The position numbers and the translations under genes are program-made. DNA of 64,000 bases, taken from Verrucomicrobiia bacterium (GTDB lineage Bacteria > Verrucomicrobiota > Verrucomicrobiia > JABWAM01). The DNA is taken from contig JAQUAF010000004.1 in assembly GCA_028687435.1 (NCBI GenBank), positions 66,344-130,343 of the forward strand, in the 5' to 3' direction. The notes beneath the pieces are model-generated. The model was not told where the DNA came from. It did no database searches and worked only from the letters and a program-made list of their open reading frames with translations. Each line of letters begins with the position of its first letter. Positions within the stretch are counted from its first letter, which is position 1. Shown here piece after piece: positions 28,984-40,385 of this stretch.

Positions 28984-31900
28984 TCCATCCTGTGAAACAC
29001 CATTGTTTAGTCTTGTTACTGGCGCTGGTTTGGATTCTTTCCATTCCGCCGCTGTTCGCGGAAAAGTGGAGTTTTGGAGTGATCGCCGACACCCAGCAAA
29101 GCCCTTTCAACAACCGCAATGGCTCGGTCGCGGTTGACATCATTGACGCCATCAACCGGCAATTCATCGAGGCAAAAGTGGACCTGGTCATTCAAGTTGG
29201 CGATCTGGCGGATTACGGCACAACAGCGGCCCTGGATGTCCGCGCCGCCCATCAGGCCGCGCTAAAAGCCGCCTCCATCCCGTTTTACCCTGTCCGCGGC
29301 AATCATGACGGCCGGTTGATTTCAGCCAGACATTTCCTCCAAGCCTTCCCTGGCCTGCCCGGAACACCCGGCAATGGCGGGTCAAGCCCTCAACTGTCCG
29401 GGGCAAGCGGACACACCTATTCCTTTGTCCACAAAGCAACAAAGTTCATTCTATTGGACCAGTTTGAATTGGACGACGGCAAAGGCGGCTCCGTCACCCA
29501 TACCATGGCCGGCTACCAGCCGTGGATCGACGCCGAACTTTCGGCAAACGATCATCTCCACGCCTTTGTTCTTTCCCACAAGCCGCTCTTGGGACAGGCG
29601 CACAAGGACAATCTCTTCGGCAACCCCGCCAATCCCAATGACGCCGGCGATATCCACCCGGAAATGCAAAACGCATTCTTTGCCAGTCTGGCAAACCACA
29701 AAGTCCGTTATTATCTCTGCGGCCACGACCACAAGCACCATCATGCCATGGTTTCAAGTCCCGACGGCAAAAGCCGGGTTCAACAAATCATTGGCGCCTC
29801 GGCCAGTCTGTTCGGCTCTTACTGCTCCTACGGCTCCAAGCCTCCATTCTCACCCCGTGAGATTCCCCTTTCCCAGGAAGGCGGACAATGTCTCGGTTAT
29901 TATATTTACACCGTGGACGGCCCCCGGGTTTCAGGCCGCTTATACACCGTCCCCCTGGCTCAATTCAACGCGGCATGCCGTGGCGCGGAAGCGTCATCGG
30001 CCGTCATCCCCTGGAAATCGGCAAAAACTTTCGGTTACAGCCTGAACGGCGGGGATTGGCTTGTGTCGCCCGGACAAAGTTTGCAAGGCCTGGCTCATGC
30101 CATCCCTCCCGGTGAAGGTTTTGCGGGAACCCAATGCCGGTTTCTGGGTGGCGTTGCCCCTGATAGCGCACGCACTTCGGACAAACGTCCCTGTTCCACT
30201 TTGGTCAGTGTGGGATGGGCGCAAAAAAAATCCGATGAAAATTTTCTATGCAGCGACGTGTTGACCGTCTGGAACACCTCCAGTCAATCGACCCCCTGTG
30301 TCCTGTCCATGAACTTCCCTCCCCTCTCCCCCAGCCAGCCCCGTCAGGATGGAGATCCGGTTTTGCTTGCCCGAAATGAAAATGGCCAATGGATCAATGC
30401 CGCCGCATGGAATGACGGAATCCCCCTCCGTCAGGCGCAGGGGGAATACGAATCCAAATCCGGCTGCGCATTGGGAACTTACGGGATCGACAAAGCGCAT
30501 CACTCCGTCTGGGCGGTCATCAACCGCGGCGGCGAATTCGCGGTGGGATGGCCAATGCAATCCGCCGAAAAAAAATCCCCTCAAAAAACAATGGAAACCA
30601 ACGCAAATCCGGCCGGCTGCTGGCCTCTCAACGAGGGAAACGGAAAAAACATCGAGGACCTCTCCCCAAACAGGAGAAATGGCGCCATCCAGGGAAACAA
30701 CTTTTTCTGGTTTAAAAACGGGGGGCAATCGGCTCTGGAAATCATGGAAGGAAGCCGCATCGACATCCCCGCTTCAACAAACCTCAATTTCACCTCCGAA
30801 TTCACCCTCATGGCCTGGATCAACCCGGCCGGGGAAAGCCCGGATTTCATGTCCATCATGGCCAAGGGCGGCTATGCGCGCAACGCAGGCTATCATCTTG
30901 TTTGCTGCAAAAACCGGCTCGGCATCTATCTTTCCACCGCGAACACCCGGGCAACCGGCGGACATGGATTGAAAATCCTGACGGACGAACCGGTTTTGAA
31001 ACCGCGCGAATGGTCGCATGCGGCCTGCACTTACAGCCTGTCGGAAAAAAAACTGCGCCTTTATTGCAACGGAAAAATCGTCCATGAATCACCCGCCACC
31101 CAGCCGGTCGCCTATCGTCATGAAGATATCGCTTCGATGCCATTGAGACTGGGCTGCATGGGCTGGCTCCCAGGCTGGTGGCAATTCAAGGGATTCATCA
31201 GGGAAGTGAAAATCTTCCAAACCGCCCTCTCTCCCCGTCAAGTCGAAGAGGAATGCCTGGGATCCCAGGCTCAATTCAACGCGCTGCAGGTCAAACATTA
31301 CGCCCAAAGGCTGGCGGAAGTTTCCACCTGCAAAATCCAGGCGAAAATCATCGACGCAAAAACCAAACAACCAATCGAAGCCATGGTCTCCGTCATGGGA
31401 AGCGACGGCAAATCGCGCCACCCCGAAAACAGCTTCGGCGAAGCGATTTTCTGCGCCTTTGGCGGATTTGACCTGATGACCGCCCCCGGCGAGACGCTCA
31501 TCACTGTTTCGCGGGGGGTTGACTATGAGGTTAAAAAAATCAACCTTGCGACCAGGGACGGGGAAACGCAAAACCTCGCCATTGAACTGGCGCCTCTTGT
31601 CGACATGGCGGCGCTGGGCTGGTACTCGGGGATGCATCATCTTCACTACTCCCAGCATGGGGGAAAATACATCGATCGCATGGGCCCCTCCAACGCCTGC
31701 CTCGTTGCCCGCGCCGATGGATTGAATTATGTGAACTGGATGGACTCCTTTGGCGCGCAGGCGGCATTGGATTCCATGTCCACCGGCCGATTTATCGCCC
31801 ACCAGGGAATCGAAGGCGGCGATCATTCCCTTCATGGCTCGCTGGTCAACCTGTATGTGAACTCGCTGCAAGGCGACTATTGGGAACAAATGGAAGACGC

Positions 31901-32753
31901 CAAACGGCAGGGCGGCATCTCCATTCCCACCCACCCCTACCGCACCAAAATGCTTGAAGCCGTCCGTGATCCCGCCCAATCAACCTACTCCCGCGCCCTG
32001 CCCATCGGCATCGCCCTGAACATGACCCCGGTCTATGACTTGTATTGCGGCGATGGCGACATGAAAGAACGTATCCGCGACTGGTATCGCTTTCTGAATC
32101 TGGGATTCAAGGTTGGCGCAACCGGAAGTCCCGACTGGGACGTGGCCTGCTCGGGAAAACTGGCGGGCGGCGCAAGAACCTATGTCAAACTCCCCCAACT
32201 GTCCTTCCCGGAAATCATCAACGCCTTGAGGGCGGGAAAAACCTTCTTCACCAACGGGCCTCTCATCCTTTTCACCGTCAACGGAAAGGACGCCGGCGAC
32301 ACGCTGGCCTTTTCCGGAACAAAACCCGAACGGCTTTCCTGCTCCGTCAAGGCATGGTTGGCCCGCGGAGGGCTAAAAAAAGTCGATGTCATCTGGAACG
32401 GCGCGGTTGCCAAAACCCTTCATTCAAGCGGCGGCAAAATGGATGAATCCCTTGATCTGGAAATCAAGGAGTCCGGATGGCTGGCGGCATCGGCCAGCGG
32501 CGGCGGTTTCGCCCACACCAGTCCGATCTATGTCCAGTTCGGCAATGAAAAAATAAAACCGAAAAAAGAGGATGCCGAATATTTCATCACCTGGCTGGAC
32601 AACTTCGAAAAGGTTTTGCCGGAATGGGAAAAATTGCAGAAAAAAATGGGCAACCCGGCAAAAATCCCCCAACGCACCCCGGAACTGATTGCCCAAGCCC
32701 GGGAAATATTCAAATCGCTTCTCGCCGCCGCTGAAAAACAAGGAACACCATGA
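28980..32753 (+). CDS. Large secreted multidomain protein: calcineurin-like metallophosphoesterase, LamG/concanavalin-like lectin domain, and a C-terminal metal-dependent hydrolase-like (PHP/CehA-like) domain
   Basis: Signal peptide after [17 protein letters not shown] / [11 protein letters not shown] / VRGNHD phosphoesterase motifs. LamG-like block ([11 protein letters not shown]...LRLYCNGK). His-rich [12 protein letters not shown] region. Start ATG at 28980 overlaps the upstream stop (ATGA); the track start 28722 is an over-extension. Confidence 0.6.
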   Translation: MIHPVKHHCLVLLLALVWILSIPPLFAEKWSFGVIADTQQSPFNNRNGSVAVDIIDAINRQFIEAKVDLVIQVGDLADYGTTAALDVRAAHQAALKAASIPFYPVRGNHDGRLISARHFLQAFPGLPGTPGNGGSSPQLSGASGHTYSFVHKATKFILLDQFELDDGKGGSVTHTMAGYQPWIDAELSANDHLHAFVLSHKPLLGQAHKDNLFGNPANPNDAGDIHPEMQNAFFASLANHKVRYYLCGHDHKHHHAMVSSPDGKSRVQQIIGASASLFGSYCSYGSKPPFSPREIPLSQEGGQCLGYYIYTVDGPRVSGRLYTVPLAQFNAACRGAEASSAVIPWKSAKTFGYSLNGGDWLVSPGQSLQGLAHAIPPGEGFAGTQCRFLGGVAPDSARTSDKRPCSTLVSVGWAQKKSDENFLCSDVLTVWNTSSQSTPCVLSMNFPPLSPSQPRQDGDPVLLARNENGQWINAAAWNDGIPLRQAQGEYESKSGCALGTYGIDKAHHSVWAVINRGGEFAVGWPMQSAEKKSPQKTMETNANPAGCWPLNEGNGKNIEDLSPNRRNGAIQGNNFFWFKNGGQSALEIMEGSRIDIPASTNLNFTSEFTLMAWINPAGESPDFMSIMAKGGYARNAGYHLVCCKNRLGIYLSTANTRATGGHGLKILTDEPVLKPREWSHAACTYSLSEKKLRLYCNGKIVHESPATQPVAYRHEDIASMPLRLGCMGWLPGWWQFKGFIREVKIFQTALSPRQVEEECLGSQAQFNALQVKHYAQRLAEVSTCKIQAKIIDAKTKQPIEAMVSVMGSDGKSRHPENSFGEAIFCAFGGFDLMTAPGETLITVSRGVDYEVKKINLATRDGETQNLAIELAPLVDMAALGWYSGMHHLHYSQHGGKYIDRMGPSNACLVARADGLNYVNWMDSFGAQAALDSMSTGRFIAHQGIEGGDHSLHGSLVNLYVNSLQGDYWEQMEDAKRQGGISIPTHPYRTKMLEAVRDPAQSTYSRALPIGIALNMTPVYDLYCGDGDMKERIRDWYRFLNLGFKVGATGSPDWDVACSGKLAGGARTYVKLPQLSFPEIINALRAGKTFFTNGPLILFTVNGKDAGDTLAFSGTKPERLSCSVKAWLARGGLKKVDVIWNGAVAKTLHSSGGKMDESLDLEIKESGWLAASASGGGFAHTSPIYVQFGNEKIKPKKEDAEYFITWLDNFEKVLPEWEKLQKKMGNPAKIPQRTPELIAQAREIFKSLLAAAEKQGTP

Positions 32754-34567
32754 AAAAAACCAATCCCATCGTCCTCAAAATCGTTTGTTTCCTTTTCGCC
32801 CTTTTGCTCCTGCCTCGCCCCTTCACGGGAATGGCGCAGCAAACGACCCCGGACAGGGATATCTTTGACCTGGCAACCGTCAAAAGCGATTACCGGGACA
32901 ACCTGTGCGTTTATCTTCACAACTCCACTTCCAATCCCATCCAAATCAAGGAAGTGTTCATCAACGGCAACAATGTCGCGCTTTTAAACAAGGCGGGATG
33001 CAAGGTTCCCATCAAAAAGGAAAAAAGCGGAGTGGTGATCTGGCACGATGTCTGTCCCAATCCCCTGCCGCCCGGAGACTCGGGCGTTGTGAAAGTGCGC
33101 ATTGGAGACAAGGGCGGGATCAAGGACAAGGTCTGCGTCAAGTTGATCGCGGAAAACGGCGGGACTTATGAAAAGGAACTCCCGGTCATCACCGATGTCC
33201 CCATGCAGTTTGACTCTTACTGCTTTAATCCGGAATTAAACCGGCTTTTCATCCAAATGAAGGGATGCAACGAACCGGGCCCTGAAAAAATTTTCATCAA
33301 CAACCAGGATCACACCGCCAAAACCCTGGTGACAAGAACCCAGGCAAAGGACGGAGAACATTTCTCCATGGAAATCCGGCTTTCCTCCGCGGTGGAGGAA
33401 GGCAAATACCTGGTGGTGAAGATCGAGGGCAAAAACGGCCCGCGCGCCTGCCTGATCAAAACCATGAAGCCCTTCTTCCCCATCTCCATGTACGCGCTTG
33501 AAAATCACTGGCCCAAGATTTCCGGACAGGAACCCATCCTCGTCCCCGACTGGTTCAAGGATTGCGCCGAACATTCCATCAACAGTTTTCACCTGGATTT
33601 CATATGGGTCCAGAATGGCGCGAAAAACGCGGAACTTTTCACCCAACAATATAAAATGAAACCCATCTTCGATCCCGGATGGGGAAAGGAACTGCGGCCT
33701 GCCATCGAAAAATTCAGGGATCAACTGCCCCTCCTGGCCTGGATGGTCGCCGATGAGCCGGAAATGTATTGGGAAAAAGGACTGAATCCCATGAGCACCC
33801 TGAAAAGGACCCAGGAATTCCGCAAGTTCGGCCCCCGGTTCCCCACCTGCCTGGTCCATTGCCCGTGGCCCGGGTCGCCCTCGGAATACAACCTCACGGA
33901 TGTCATCATGCTGGATGACTATCCGATCGCTGACGCGCCCTTGCTCTCCCGCATCAAGCGGAGTTTTCAGGAAGCGCGGCAGGCCAGCCTCCCCAAACCC
34001 ATCTGGTTCGCTGTCCAGGCCTTCCGCCAGTTGCCGTCGTACCATCGTTTTCCCACGGATGAGGAGGAGCGCCTCATGATCTATCAAGCCATCGCGGAAG
34101 GCGCCAAGGGCGTCCTGTATTTCTGCTATTCCGCCGACACCGCCGACAAATGCAACGGACTGCGGCACCCGGATTCCGGAAACCTGTGGAATGAAATCCG
34201 GAACATCAACCGCGAACTCACCGAACTTGCCCCCTATCTTCTGAACGGCGCCGTGGTCCCGCTCGCGGAAACCAAAACTCCAAAACTCGAAGTGTCCTCC
34301 CTGTTGTGCGGCAGGGAAGCCATTGTCCTGGTCCTTCTGAACAATGACTTCGCTTACGATAAAAAGAGCTTCCAATCCCACGCCCTGAAAGATGTTCAGA
34401 TTGACCTCAGTGTTCCCAACTGGTTTGATCCCCGGGAACTTCGCGAGATCAGTTCTGATCATCCTCAAAAAATCGCCTTCAAGATGGAAAATCAAAAGAT
34501 CCATTTGAATCTCGACACCGTCAAAAACGCCAGGGTGTTCCTCCTCAGCGGAAAACCGTCGGATTGA
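32750..34567 (+). CDS. Secreted protein with TIM-barrel glycoside-hydrolase-like C-terminal domain
   Basis: 605 aa, signal peptide. WMVADEPE / LYFCYS style GH-like blocks. ATGA overlap with the upstream gene. Confidence 0.45.
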   Translation: MKKTNPIVLKIVCFLFALLLLPRPFTGMAQQTTPDRDIFDLATVKSDYRDNLCVYLHNSTSNPIQIKEVFINGNNVALLNKAGCKVPIKKEKSGVVIWHDVCPNPLPPGDSGVVKVRIGDKGGIKDKVCVKLIAENGGTYEKELPVITDVPMQFDSYCFNPELNRLFIQMKGCNEPGPEKIFINNQDHTAKTLVTRTQAKDGEHFSMEIRLSSAVEEGKYLVVKIEGKNGPRACLIKTMKPFFPISMYALENHWPKISGQEPILVPDWFKDCAEHSINSFHLDFIWVQNGAKNAELFTQQYKMKPIFDPGWGKELRPAIEKFRDQLPLLAWMVADEPEMYWEKGLNPMSTLKRTQEFRKFGPRFPTCLVHCPWPGSPSEYNLTDVIMLDDYPIADAPLLSRIKRSFQEARQASLPKPIWFAVQAFRQLPSYHRFPTDEEERLMIYQAIAEGAKGVLYFCYSADTADKCNGLRHPDSGNLWNEIRNINRELTELAPYLLNGAVVPLAETKTPKLEVSSLLCGREAIVLVLLNNDFAYDKKSFQSHALKDVQIDLSVPNWFDPRELREISSDHPQKIAFKMENQKIHLNLDTVKNARVFLLSGKPSD

Positions 34568-34596
34568 TCAACCGCCAGGAAACATAGAAAACCCGC

Positions 34597-35265
34597 ATGA
34601 AATTCCGACATCCAAAACATTCCGCCTTCACGCTGACCGAATTATTGGTCGTCATAACGATTTTATCCATCATGTCCGCCCTGCTGATGCCCGCCCTGTC
34701 GCAAGCCCGGGAAAAGGCAAGGCAGATCACCTGCATGAACAACCTGCGGCAACTGGGCGCATCCATCGCGGCGTACGCCACGGAATACGATGACTGGCTG
34801 CCTCTGGTGGACAATGGCGGGAGCAGTCCGCTGCCTGACGCCGCCAGTTCCAGTTGGATCTACTGCATCCCCCTGATGCGCAACATCGGCGTCAACGATA
34901 TTGCAAAAAACAAGACCGCCCTGCGTTGTCCCTCGGACAAGACCCCTCAATCCTATTACAGCGGCGCAGTTCTGGTCAGTTATTGCGCCAATTACAACGC
35001 CGGATCGTCCTGGGTCGGGCGTTATAAAAAACTCTCGGAATTTTCAAATCCATCGGCCACGGCATGGGCGGTTGAATCCAATTACACCAGAAGAGGCAGC
35101 TATGGCGATTTCGCCTACTGGGACTATTTTCACACCGGCGGCATGAACGTCCTCTTTCTGGATGGCCATGTTTGCTGGATGGCCAAAGACATCCCTTATT
35201 ATAAATCCGGAGAAACATGGTTTCCGTCCGAGGCGGAGGGAAAGGCGTTCTGGCTGGGAGAATGA
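34597..35265 (+). CDS. Prepilin-type N-terminal cleavage/methylation domain protein with H-X9-DG motif (second copy)
   Basis: [16 protein letters not shown]; [12 protein letters not shown] matches H-X9-DG. Confidence 0.8.
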   Translation: MKFRHPKHSAFTLTELLVVITILSIMSALLMPALSQAREKARQITCMNNLRQLGASIAAYATEYDDWLPLVDNGGSSPLPDAASSSWIYCIPLMRNIGVNDIAKNKTALRCPSDKTPQSYYSGAVLVSYCANYNAGSSWVGRYKKLSEFSNPSATAWAVESNYTRRGSYGDFAYWDYFHTGGMNVLFLDGHVCWMAKDIPYYKSGETWFPSEAEGKAFWLGE

Positions 35266-35480
35266 AAATGCATCCCCATCCTCTTTCGCCGCCATTCCCG
35301 CGAATGCGCATGCGCGGCAAGCGAAGGCGCCCGGTCAAACCCATTGAACATTGATGAACAGGATGAATGGGATGTTTTAATTCTGAAGGGACGATTTGAA
35401 TTTTATCCTTTCCATCCTGCCTATCGATGTGAATTTCACCCGCACAAAAAATTTATTCAACCCGCCAACCGGAGCAAACC

Positions 35481-37751
35481 ATGAAATATCGATTCGTCAT
35501 TCTTCACATCCTTCTTTTGACATCCCTCATCGCCAGCCCCGCCCTGTGCGACATTGACAATCCCGGCTTCGAGGACGGCTTTCGCGGATGGAGCGGGGTG
35601 AAAAAGGACGACATCGCCGGACCGGGTGACTCCAAAAGCCAGAACTTCAAGGTGGAGGTGGACGAATCCATCCGCCACTCCGGAGGAAAATCGGTTTCCA
35701 TTGAGTACCTTTCCGGCCCGGATGACTCTTATTGCTGGTTTCAACAAACCGTCAAAGTCAAAAAAGGCAAATGTTACAAGTTGTCGCTCCATGTCAAAAT
35801 GGAAAACGTCCAAAAGACGCAGCAGGTTCACATCCGCTGGCCCAAACACGGAACCCACGCTCCTTATGAATTGTCTTCCGGCACTTTTGACTGGAAACCC
35901 TTCACCCATTATTTCGTCGCGCAGGCGGACGTCTTCAACCTGTCGCTGGTGTTCGTCGGCAGGGGAAAAATATGGTTCGACGACCTGCAATTGACCGGGA
36001 TTTCCGATCCCGCCGCCCAATCAAACCTCATCCTGACCAACGGCACGCTCTTCACCTGCAAACCGCGCCAGGAAAAAGACGACGTCCCTCTCGGCGACAT
36101 CACCCCGGCGGAAACCTCCCGCGGCTGGATAACCTATGTGCGCGGCGATCCCCGCGATGTCTATCCTCAAAGCATCCCCAAACGCGAGGAAATCACCTCG
36201 GAGCTGAAGATCACCGTCACGCCGGGCGAATATGGAACAGCTTGGTTTTCATTGTACGCCCTGCAGCCGGTGGAACAGGCAAAAATCCAAATCGCCGGCG
36301 ATTTGCAATCCGCAGCCGAAACCATTCCCGCCAAAAACATCGAATTGCGGACGGTCAGATGCTGGTCCCAGAGAACAGGCTATGCGGCCACAACTTATTA
36401 TATTATTCCGGAGCTTCTGGAAAAAAAGGACACCGCAAAAGTCCCCAAGGGATCATCCCAAACCTTCTGGATCGCCGTCAAAACATCCGGGGAAACAAAA
36501 CCAGGGGAATATGAAACCAAAATCGCCCTGGAATTGGACGGTCAAAAGAAAGGCGAACTGAACCTGAAACTGCGGGTTCTGCCGTTCAAACTAAAAAATC
36601 CCAAGGACAGACATTGGGTCATGTGGACCTCTGGCAAGGGGTACGACAAAATGGGCAAAGATGAAATCCGACGGGAACTGGCCGACATGAAGGAACACGG
36701 CATCAACAGCATCCTCGTCTCCCCCATGGGATTCAAGGATTGCAAACTGCAAAAGAACGATCAGGGAAATCTCACTTTCACCTCGCCAAAACTCGGCGAA
36801 TTTCAGGAGCTTCGCAAGGAACTGGGGCTAAACAGCCCGCTGCTGCTTTACTGGGGCGCTGAACTCGAACGGATGGCCGGGAATCTCATCGGCGTAAAGG
36901 ACGTCTCCGACAACCGGGTTCCCGCGGCGGCAAAAACTCCCGCCTATCAAAAAACGGTCAAGGACGCCTTCCAAGCCCTCGACCGTTTCATCAGGGAAAC
37001 CGGCGGCGCTGAATATGGAGATTGGTATTATCTGGGCATGGATGAGCCCGGCTGTCATCCGCAGCGTCAAGCCCGGTCGTTCCTGGAACATCAACTGGCT
37101 CACGACGCAAACATCAAGACCCTCATCACCATCAGCCCCAGCGAGTTTGTTCAAAAAGTCGCTCCCCATGTCGCCGGCATGTGCTGGTCGTCAGGCGCCG
37201 CTTCGCGGGAAAAAAATGAGGGCAGGCAAATTCCGGACAAGGAATATTGGTGGTATGGCAGCGGCGTTTACACCGGCCAGGAAGGCGGTCTCATGCCCAA
37301 CCGTTACCTGTGCGGCGTTGAATTTTACAAAACCGGCGCCAGGGGACAGGTCAGCTTCATTTACAGCCGCCCCGGAGAAACCGGCGATCCCTACGACGAT
37401 TTCGACGGCGCCAGCCATTCGGAACCCAAGGATCTCTTCATCGCCTATCCCTCAGCCGACGGACCCGTTTCCACGCTCCAATGGGAAGGCATCCACGAGG
37501 GCATTGTGGATTACAAGTATCTTTCCACACTGGAGGATTTGATCGCCGCGGCAAAGCGCTCCGGCAAAAAGGAGCTGGTTGAAATGGGAATCGCCACGGA
37601 AAAAAAACTCAAAACGCTCATCGAAGAATTGCCATGGGAATCCATCCGCATGCCCAAGGACGTTGACAACGCCAGGGTGAGCGCGTTCCGGGAAACCGTC
37701 ATTTCCCTTATCCTGGAGCTGAGGAACCTTTCGACGGTCAACGCTCGATGA
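35481..37751 (+). CDS. Secreted protein with N-terminal CBM-like beta-sandwich and glycoside-hydrolase-like core
   Basis: 756 aa. GGAG RBS 7 nt upstream, signal peptide, NPGFEDGF..GWSG CBM4/9-like start. Confidence 0.45.
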   Translation: MKYRFVILHILLLTSLIASPALCDIDNPGFEDGFRGWSGVKKDDIAGPGDSKSQNFKVEVDESIRHSGGKSVSIEYLSGPDDSYCWFQQTVKVKKGKCYKLSLHVKMENVQKTQQVHIRWPKHGTHAPYELSSGTFDWKPFTHYFVAQADVFNLSLVFVGRGKIWFDDLQLTGISDPAAQSNLILTNGTLFTCKPRQEKDDVPLGDITPAETSRGWITYVRGDPRDVYPQSIPKREEITSELKITVTPGEYGTAWFSLYALQPVEQAKIQIAGDLQSAAETIPAKNIELRTVRCWSQRTGYAATTYYIIPELLEKKDTAKVPKGSSQTFWIAVKTSGETKPGEYETKIALELDGQKKGELNLKLRVLPFKLKNPKDRHWVMWTSGKGYDKMGKDEIRRELADMKEHGINSILVSPMGFKDCKLQKNDQGNLTFTSPKLGEFQELRKELGLNSPLLLYWGAELERMAGNLIGVKDVSDNRVPAAAKTPAYQKTVKDAFQALDRFIRETGGAEYGDWYYLGMDEPGCHPQRQARSFLEHQLAHDANIKTLITISPSEFVQKVAPHVAGMCWSSGAASREKNEGRQIPDKEYWWYGSGVYTGQEGGLMPNRYLCGVEFYKTGARGQVSFIYSRPGETGDPYDDFDGASHSEPKDLFIAYPSADGPVSTLQWEGIHEGIVDYKYLSTLEDLIAAAKRSGKKELVEMGIATEKKLKTLIEELPWESIRMPKDVDNARVSAFRETVISLILELRNLSTVNAR

Positions 37752-37777
37752 GCGATGCACGACGCCCGCAAACCCCT

Positions 37778-37880
37778 GGCAAGGCGGTGCGGGAGCCCCG
37801 CCCTCCACTTGTCGGAAAATGATGGAGGGCGGGGCTCCCGCACCGCTTTCCCACAAATATTGAAGTTCCTTAACACTGAA
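37778..37880. repeat. Family-A hairpin repeat, complete copy plus tail
   Basis: GGCAAGGCGGTGCGGGAGCCCCGCCCTCC..GGAGGGCGGGGCTCCCGCACCGCTTTCCCACAAATATTGAAGTTCCTTAACACTGAA. Confidence 0.85.
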
Positions 37881-37911
37881 TTATTACACCCATCAAATAA
37901 ACGACATCCCC

Positions 37912-40236
37912 ATGAAAATCACAAAACAACACCTCCTCCCTCATCTTGTTGCGGGAATCATCCTGTTATTCAGCTTCGCCGCGCATGGACAGGACGGGCT
38001 TTCATGGAGTCATACCACTTATAAAGGCAAACCGGCTTTTTCAAAGGATGGCGAAACCCTGCAAATCACAGGAATGGCAAACGGGGACAGCGGTTCATGG
38101 TATGTCCGCCTTCCGGCAAAGGAAGGCGCCGGCTATTGCTTCTCAACCACGGTAAAACTGAAAAACATCCAGGGGAAAGGCGTCCGCTGGTATGTTTCCT
38201 TCCGGAGCGAAAAGGAAAACATCAAGGAAGTCTTCGGCCCTTTCATTGCTTCGGCGGAAGATGAAAAAACCATGGCCTTCCAGACCCTCGCGCCGGCCGG
38301 AACCGTCTCCATGATCGTCCGGCTGAACCTCAGCGAATCCTCCGGCGAGGCTGTCTTCAAAAAAATCGGGGTGCGCGAAATCGACGCAAACGCCCTGGCC
38401 AAACCGGAGGTTTCGGGCATTGTTTTTGAGGATTCCAACCACAATGGAATTCCCGACCCCGATGAAAAAGGCATCGCCAATGTCCAGGTGTCCGACGGTC
38501 TGGCCATCGCGGTCACGGATTCATCCGGAAAATTTCGGATCGCCCGGCCAGCGGAGGATATGGCCGCCTTTCATGTCTTTGCCTCCATTCCCTCCGGATA
38601 TGCGCCGGTCGCTTACACCTCATGGTTCAAGGAAATCAACCCTGCCGAGACTGAAAAAAAGCCCGTTTCCTTCGCCTTTGTCAAAAGCGCCGAAAATCAA
38701 GATTCCTTTTCCTTCATCCATTTCAGCGACACCCACATGCAAGCCTCCAATCCAGGCGCCACCGACAAATTCCATGCCATTTATAAATACTGCCAGGGCA
38801 GCAGGACTTGGGATGTGTTCTTTGGCAAATATTTGTCCAAAATGGCTTCTCAAAAACCCGAGCCAGCCTTCATGATGGACACCGGCGATATTGGGCTTGC
38901 GGAAATATCCCGCGAACCGGAAAAAGAGGCTGTCCTCTACCGGCAAAAGCTCGATGCGGCGTCCAAGCTGGTGTTTTTTGTCCCCGGAAACCACGATAAA
39001 AGGGAAACTGAAAAAATCATGCCCCCCTATTATGCGTTCAATTGGGGAAAATTTCACTTTGTCTGCCTCAAATACACCTACCCGGGTTTGAATGAAACTC
39101 ATCTAAAAAAACAATTTTCGTGGTTGAAAAACGATCTCGCTCTCCAACCCCGGGACATCTCCATCATTGTTTTTGTCCATTATCCCTTTTGGGACGCAAA
39201 ACCCGCGGAACAGGAGGAGTTTTATTCCATTCTTTCCGGACATCAGGTCAAGGCGGTCTTCTTCGGACATCAACACGCGATCATTCAACGCCAAAGCCAC
39301 GGCATCCCGCATATCCTGTCATCCGCCGTTTATCTGGGCAGCCGCTGCAACCGGGTGGGATACCCATCGGGTTATCGCCAGGTGTTTATCGAAGGCGGGG
39401 AAATCGCCCGCACGGTTTACAAATCGCTTGAAAGCGACAACCCCATCGCCTTCCTCTGCCCCAAGGACGGCATGGTCACGGAAGGGCTGAAATATCCCTA
39501 TTTCTCCGGCAATGACGGCAAGGAATGGGATGGAAAAATCAGGACCGCATTCCTGGACATGGATCATGAAAATGTGACTGCGATGGAATACCGTCTCGAC
39601 GGAAAGGAATGGCAAAAAATGCAGCACGAAGACGCCGAATTCTATCAACGCTGGGCCGGCGCCCAGAATTGCGCCGCAAATCTTTCCCCGGGAAAACACA
39701 CACTGGAGGCCCGGGCTTCAACCAGGACAGGCAAAACCTTCTCCAACTCCATCCAGTTTTACACGCGCCGGGAATTCCTCCCAGGCAAAAACATGTTCCC
39801 CAACCCGTCATTCGAAATTTCCGGCGCCGGCAGCCGGATGCCCGAAGGCTGGACGCGGGAAAATTACACGGACTCCATCCTTTGGGACGACCGGACAGCC
39901 AAGACCGGAACCCATTCCATGAAATTCGTAAATTTTCCACACGGAAAAATTGTCGAAATGCTTTCAAACCCCATGGAGGTGGACTCCTCAAAACTCTACA
40001 ACCTGTCCATGTGGGTCAAAGCCGAAAAGGTCACCGGCGGCTACCTGCTGTTCACCGGATTCGGCGACTCAACTTTTCTCTCATTTCCAACCGGCACCTA
40101 CGATTGGAAGGAAATCAACGCCCAGGTCCTGATCAAGCCGGGTGTCACCCATGTCGGATTCCTCTTTTCCAACTGGGGCGAGGCCGGCACAGGAACCCTG
40201 TGGATCGACGACGTGGAACTCAAACCGTGCCAATGA
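37912..40236 (+). CDS. Secreted calcineurin-like metallophosphoesterase with N-terminal beta-sandwich, SdrD-B/CarboxypepD_reg-like and C-terminal CBM-like domains
   Basis: 774 aa, signal peptide. GIVFEDSNHNGIPDPDEKGIANVQVSDG; FIHFSDTHMQ / GNHD phosphoesterase motifs. Confidence 0.55.
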   Translation: MKITKQHLLPHLVAGIILLFSFAAHGQDGLSWSHTTYKGKPAFSKDGETLQITGMANGDSGSWYVRLPAKEGAGYCFSTTVKLKNIQGKGVRWYVSFRSEKENIKEVFGPFIASAEDEKTMAFQTLAPAGTVSMIVRLNLSESSGEAVFKKIGVREIDANALAKPEVSGIVFEDSNHNGIPDPDEKGIANVQVSDGLAIAVTDSSGKFRIARPAEDMAAFHVFASIPSGYAPVAYTSWFKEINPAETEKKPVSFAFVKSAENQDSFSFIHFSDTHMQASNPGATDKFHAIYKYCQGSRTWDVFFGKYLSKMASQKPEPAFMMDTGDIGLAEISREPEKEAVLYRQKLDAASKLVFFVPGNHDKRETEKIMPPYYAFNWGKFHFVCLKYTYPGLNETHLKKQFSWLKNDLALQPRDISIIVFVHYPFWDAKPAEQEEFYSILSGHQVKAVFFGHQHAIIQRQSHGIPHILSSAVYLGSRCNRVGYPSGYRQVFIEGGEIARTVYKSLESDNPIAFLCPKDGMVTEGLKYPYFSGNDGKEWDGKIRTAFLDMDHENVTAMEYRLDGKEWQKMQHEDAEFYQRWAGAQNCAANLSPGKHTLEARASTRTGKTFSNSIQFYTRREFLPGKNMFPNPSFEISGAGSRMPEGWTRENYTDSILWDDRTAKTGTHSMKFVNFPHGKIVEMLSNPMEVDSSKLYNLSMWVKAEKVTGGYLLFTGFGDSTFLSFPTGTYDWKEINAQVLIKPGVTHVGFLFSNWGEAGTGTLWIDDVELKPCQ

Positions 40237-40244
40237 ATTAAATT

Positions 40245-40320
40245 AGGCCGGGCCCAAGGCCCGGCAACTGCTCGATCCGCCTTCGCCCAAGCGCTTCGGC
40301 GAGACAAGCGCTCGACGCAC
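40245..40320. repeat. Stop-codon-proximal GC hairpin (GGCCGGGCC-CAA-GGCCCGGC) plus family-B module
   Basis: AATTAGGCCGGGCCCAAGGCCCGGCAACTGCTCGATCCGCCTTCGCCCAAGCGCTTCGGCGAGACAAGCGCTCGACGCA, nearly identical to 62085-62160 and 624-676. Confidence 0.8.
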
Positions 40321-40331
40321 CCCACCTTAAT

Positions 40332-40385
40332 CCTCCCCTTGTCAAGGGGAGGTGTTGAAATGGCTCCCCCTTGTTCAAGGGGGAG
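40332..40385 (+). promoter_or_regulatory. Two tandem, near-identical small hairpins upstream of the NRPS operon
   Basis: CCTCCCCTT-GTCA-AAGGGGAGG and CTCCCCCTT-GTTC-AAGGGGGAG, 11 nt apart, about 180 nt upstream of the NRPS1 start. Confidence 0.4.

Noticed and set aside
33236-34504. 422-aa minus-strand ORF inside the secreted GH-like gene
   Set aside because: Antisense artefact. The plus-strand protein has a signal peptide and coherent domain structure.
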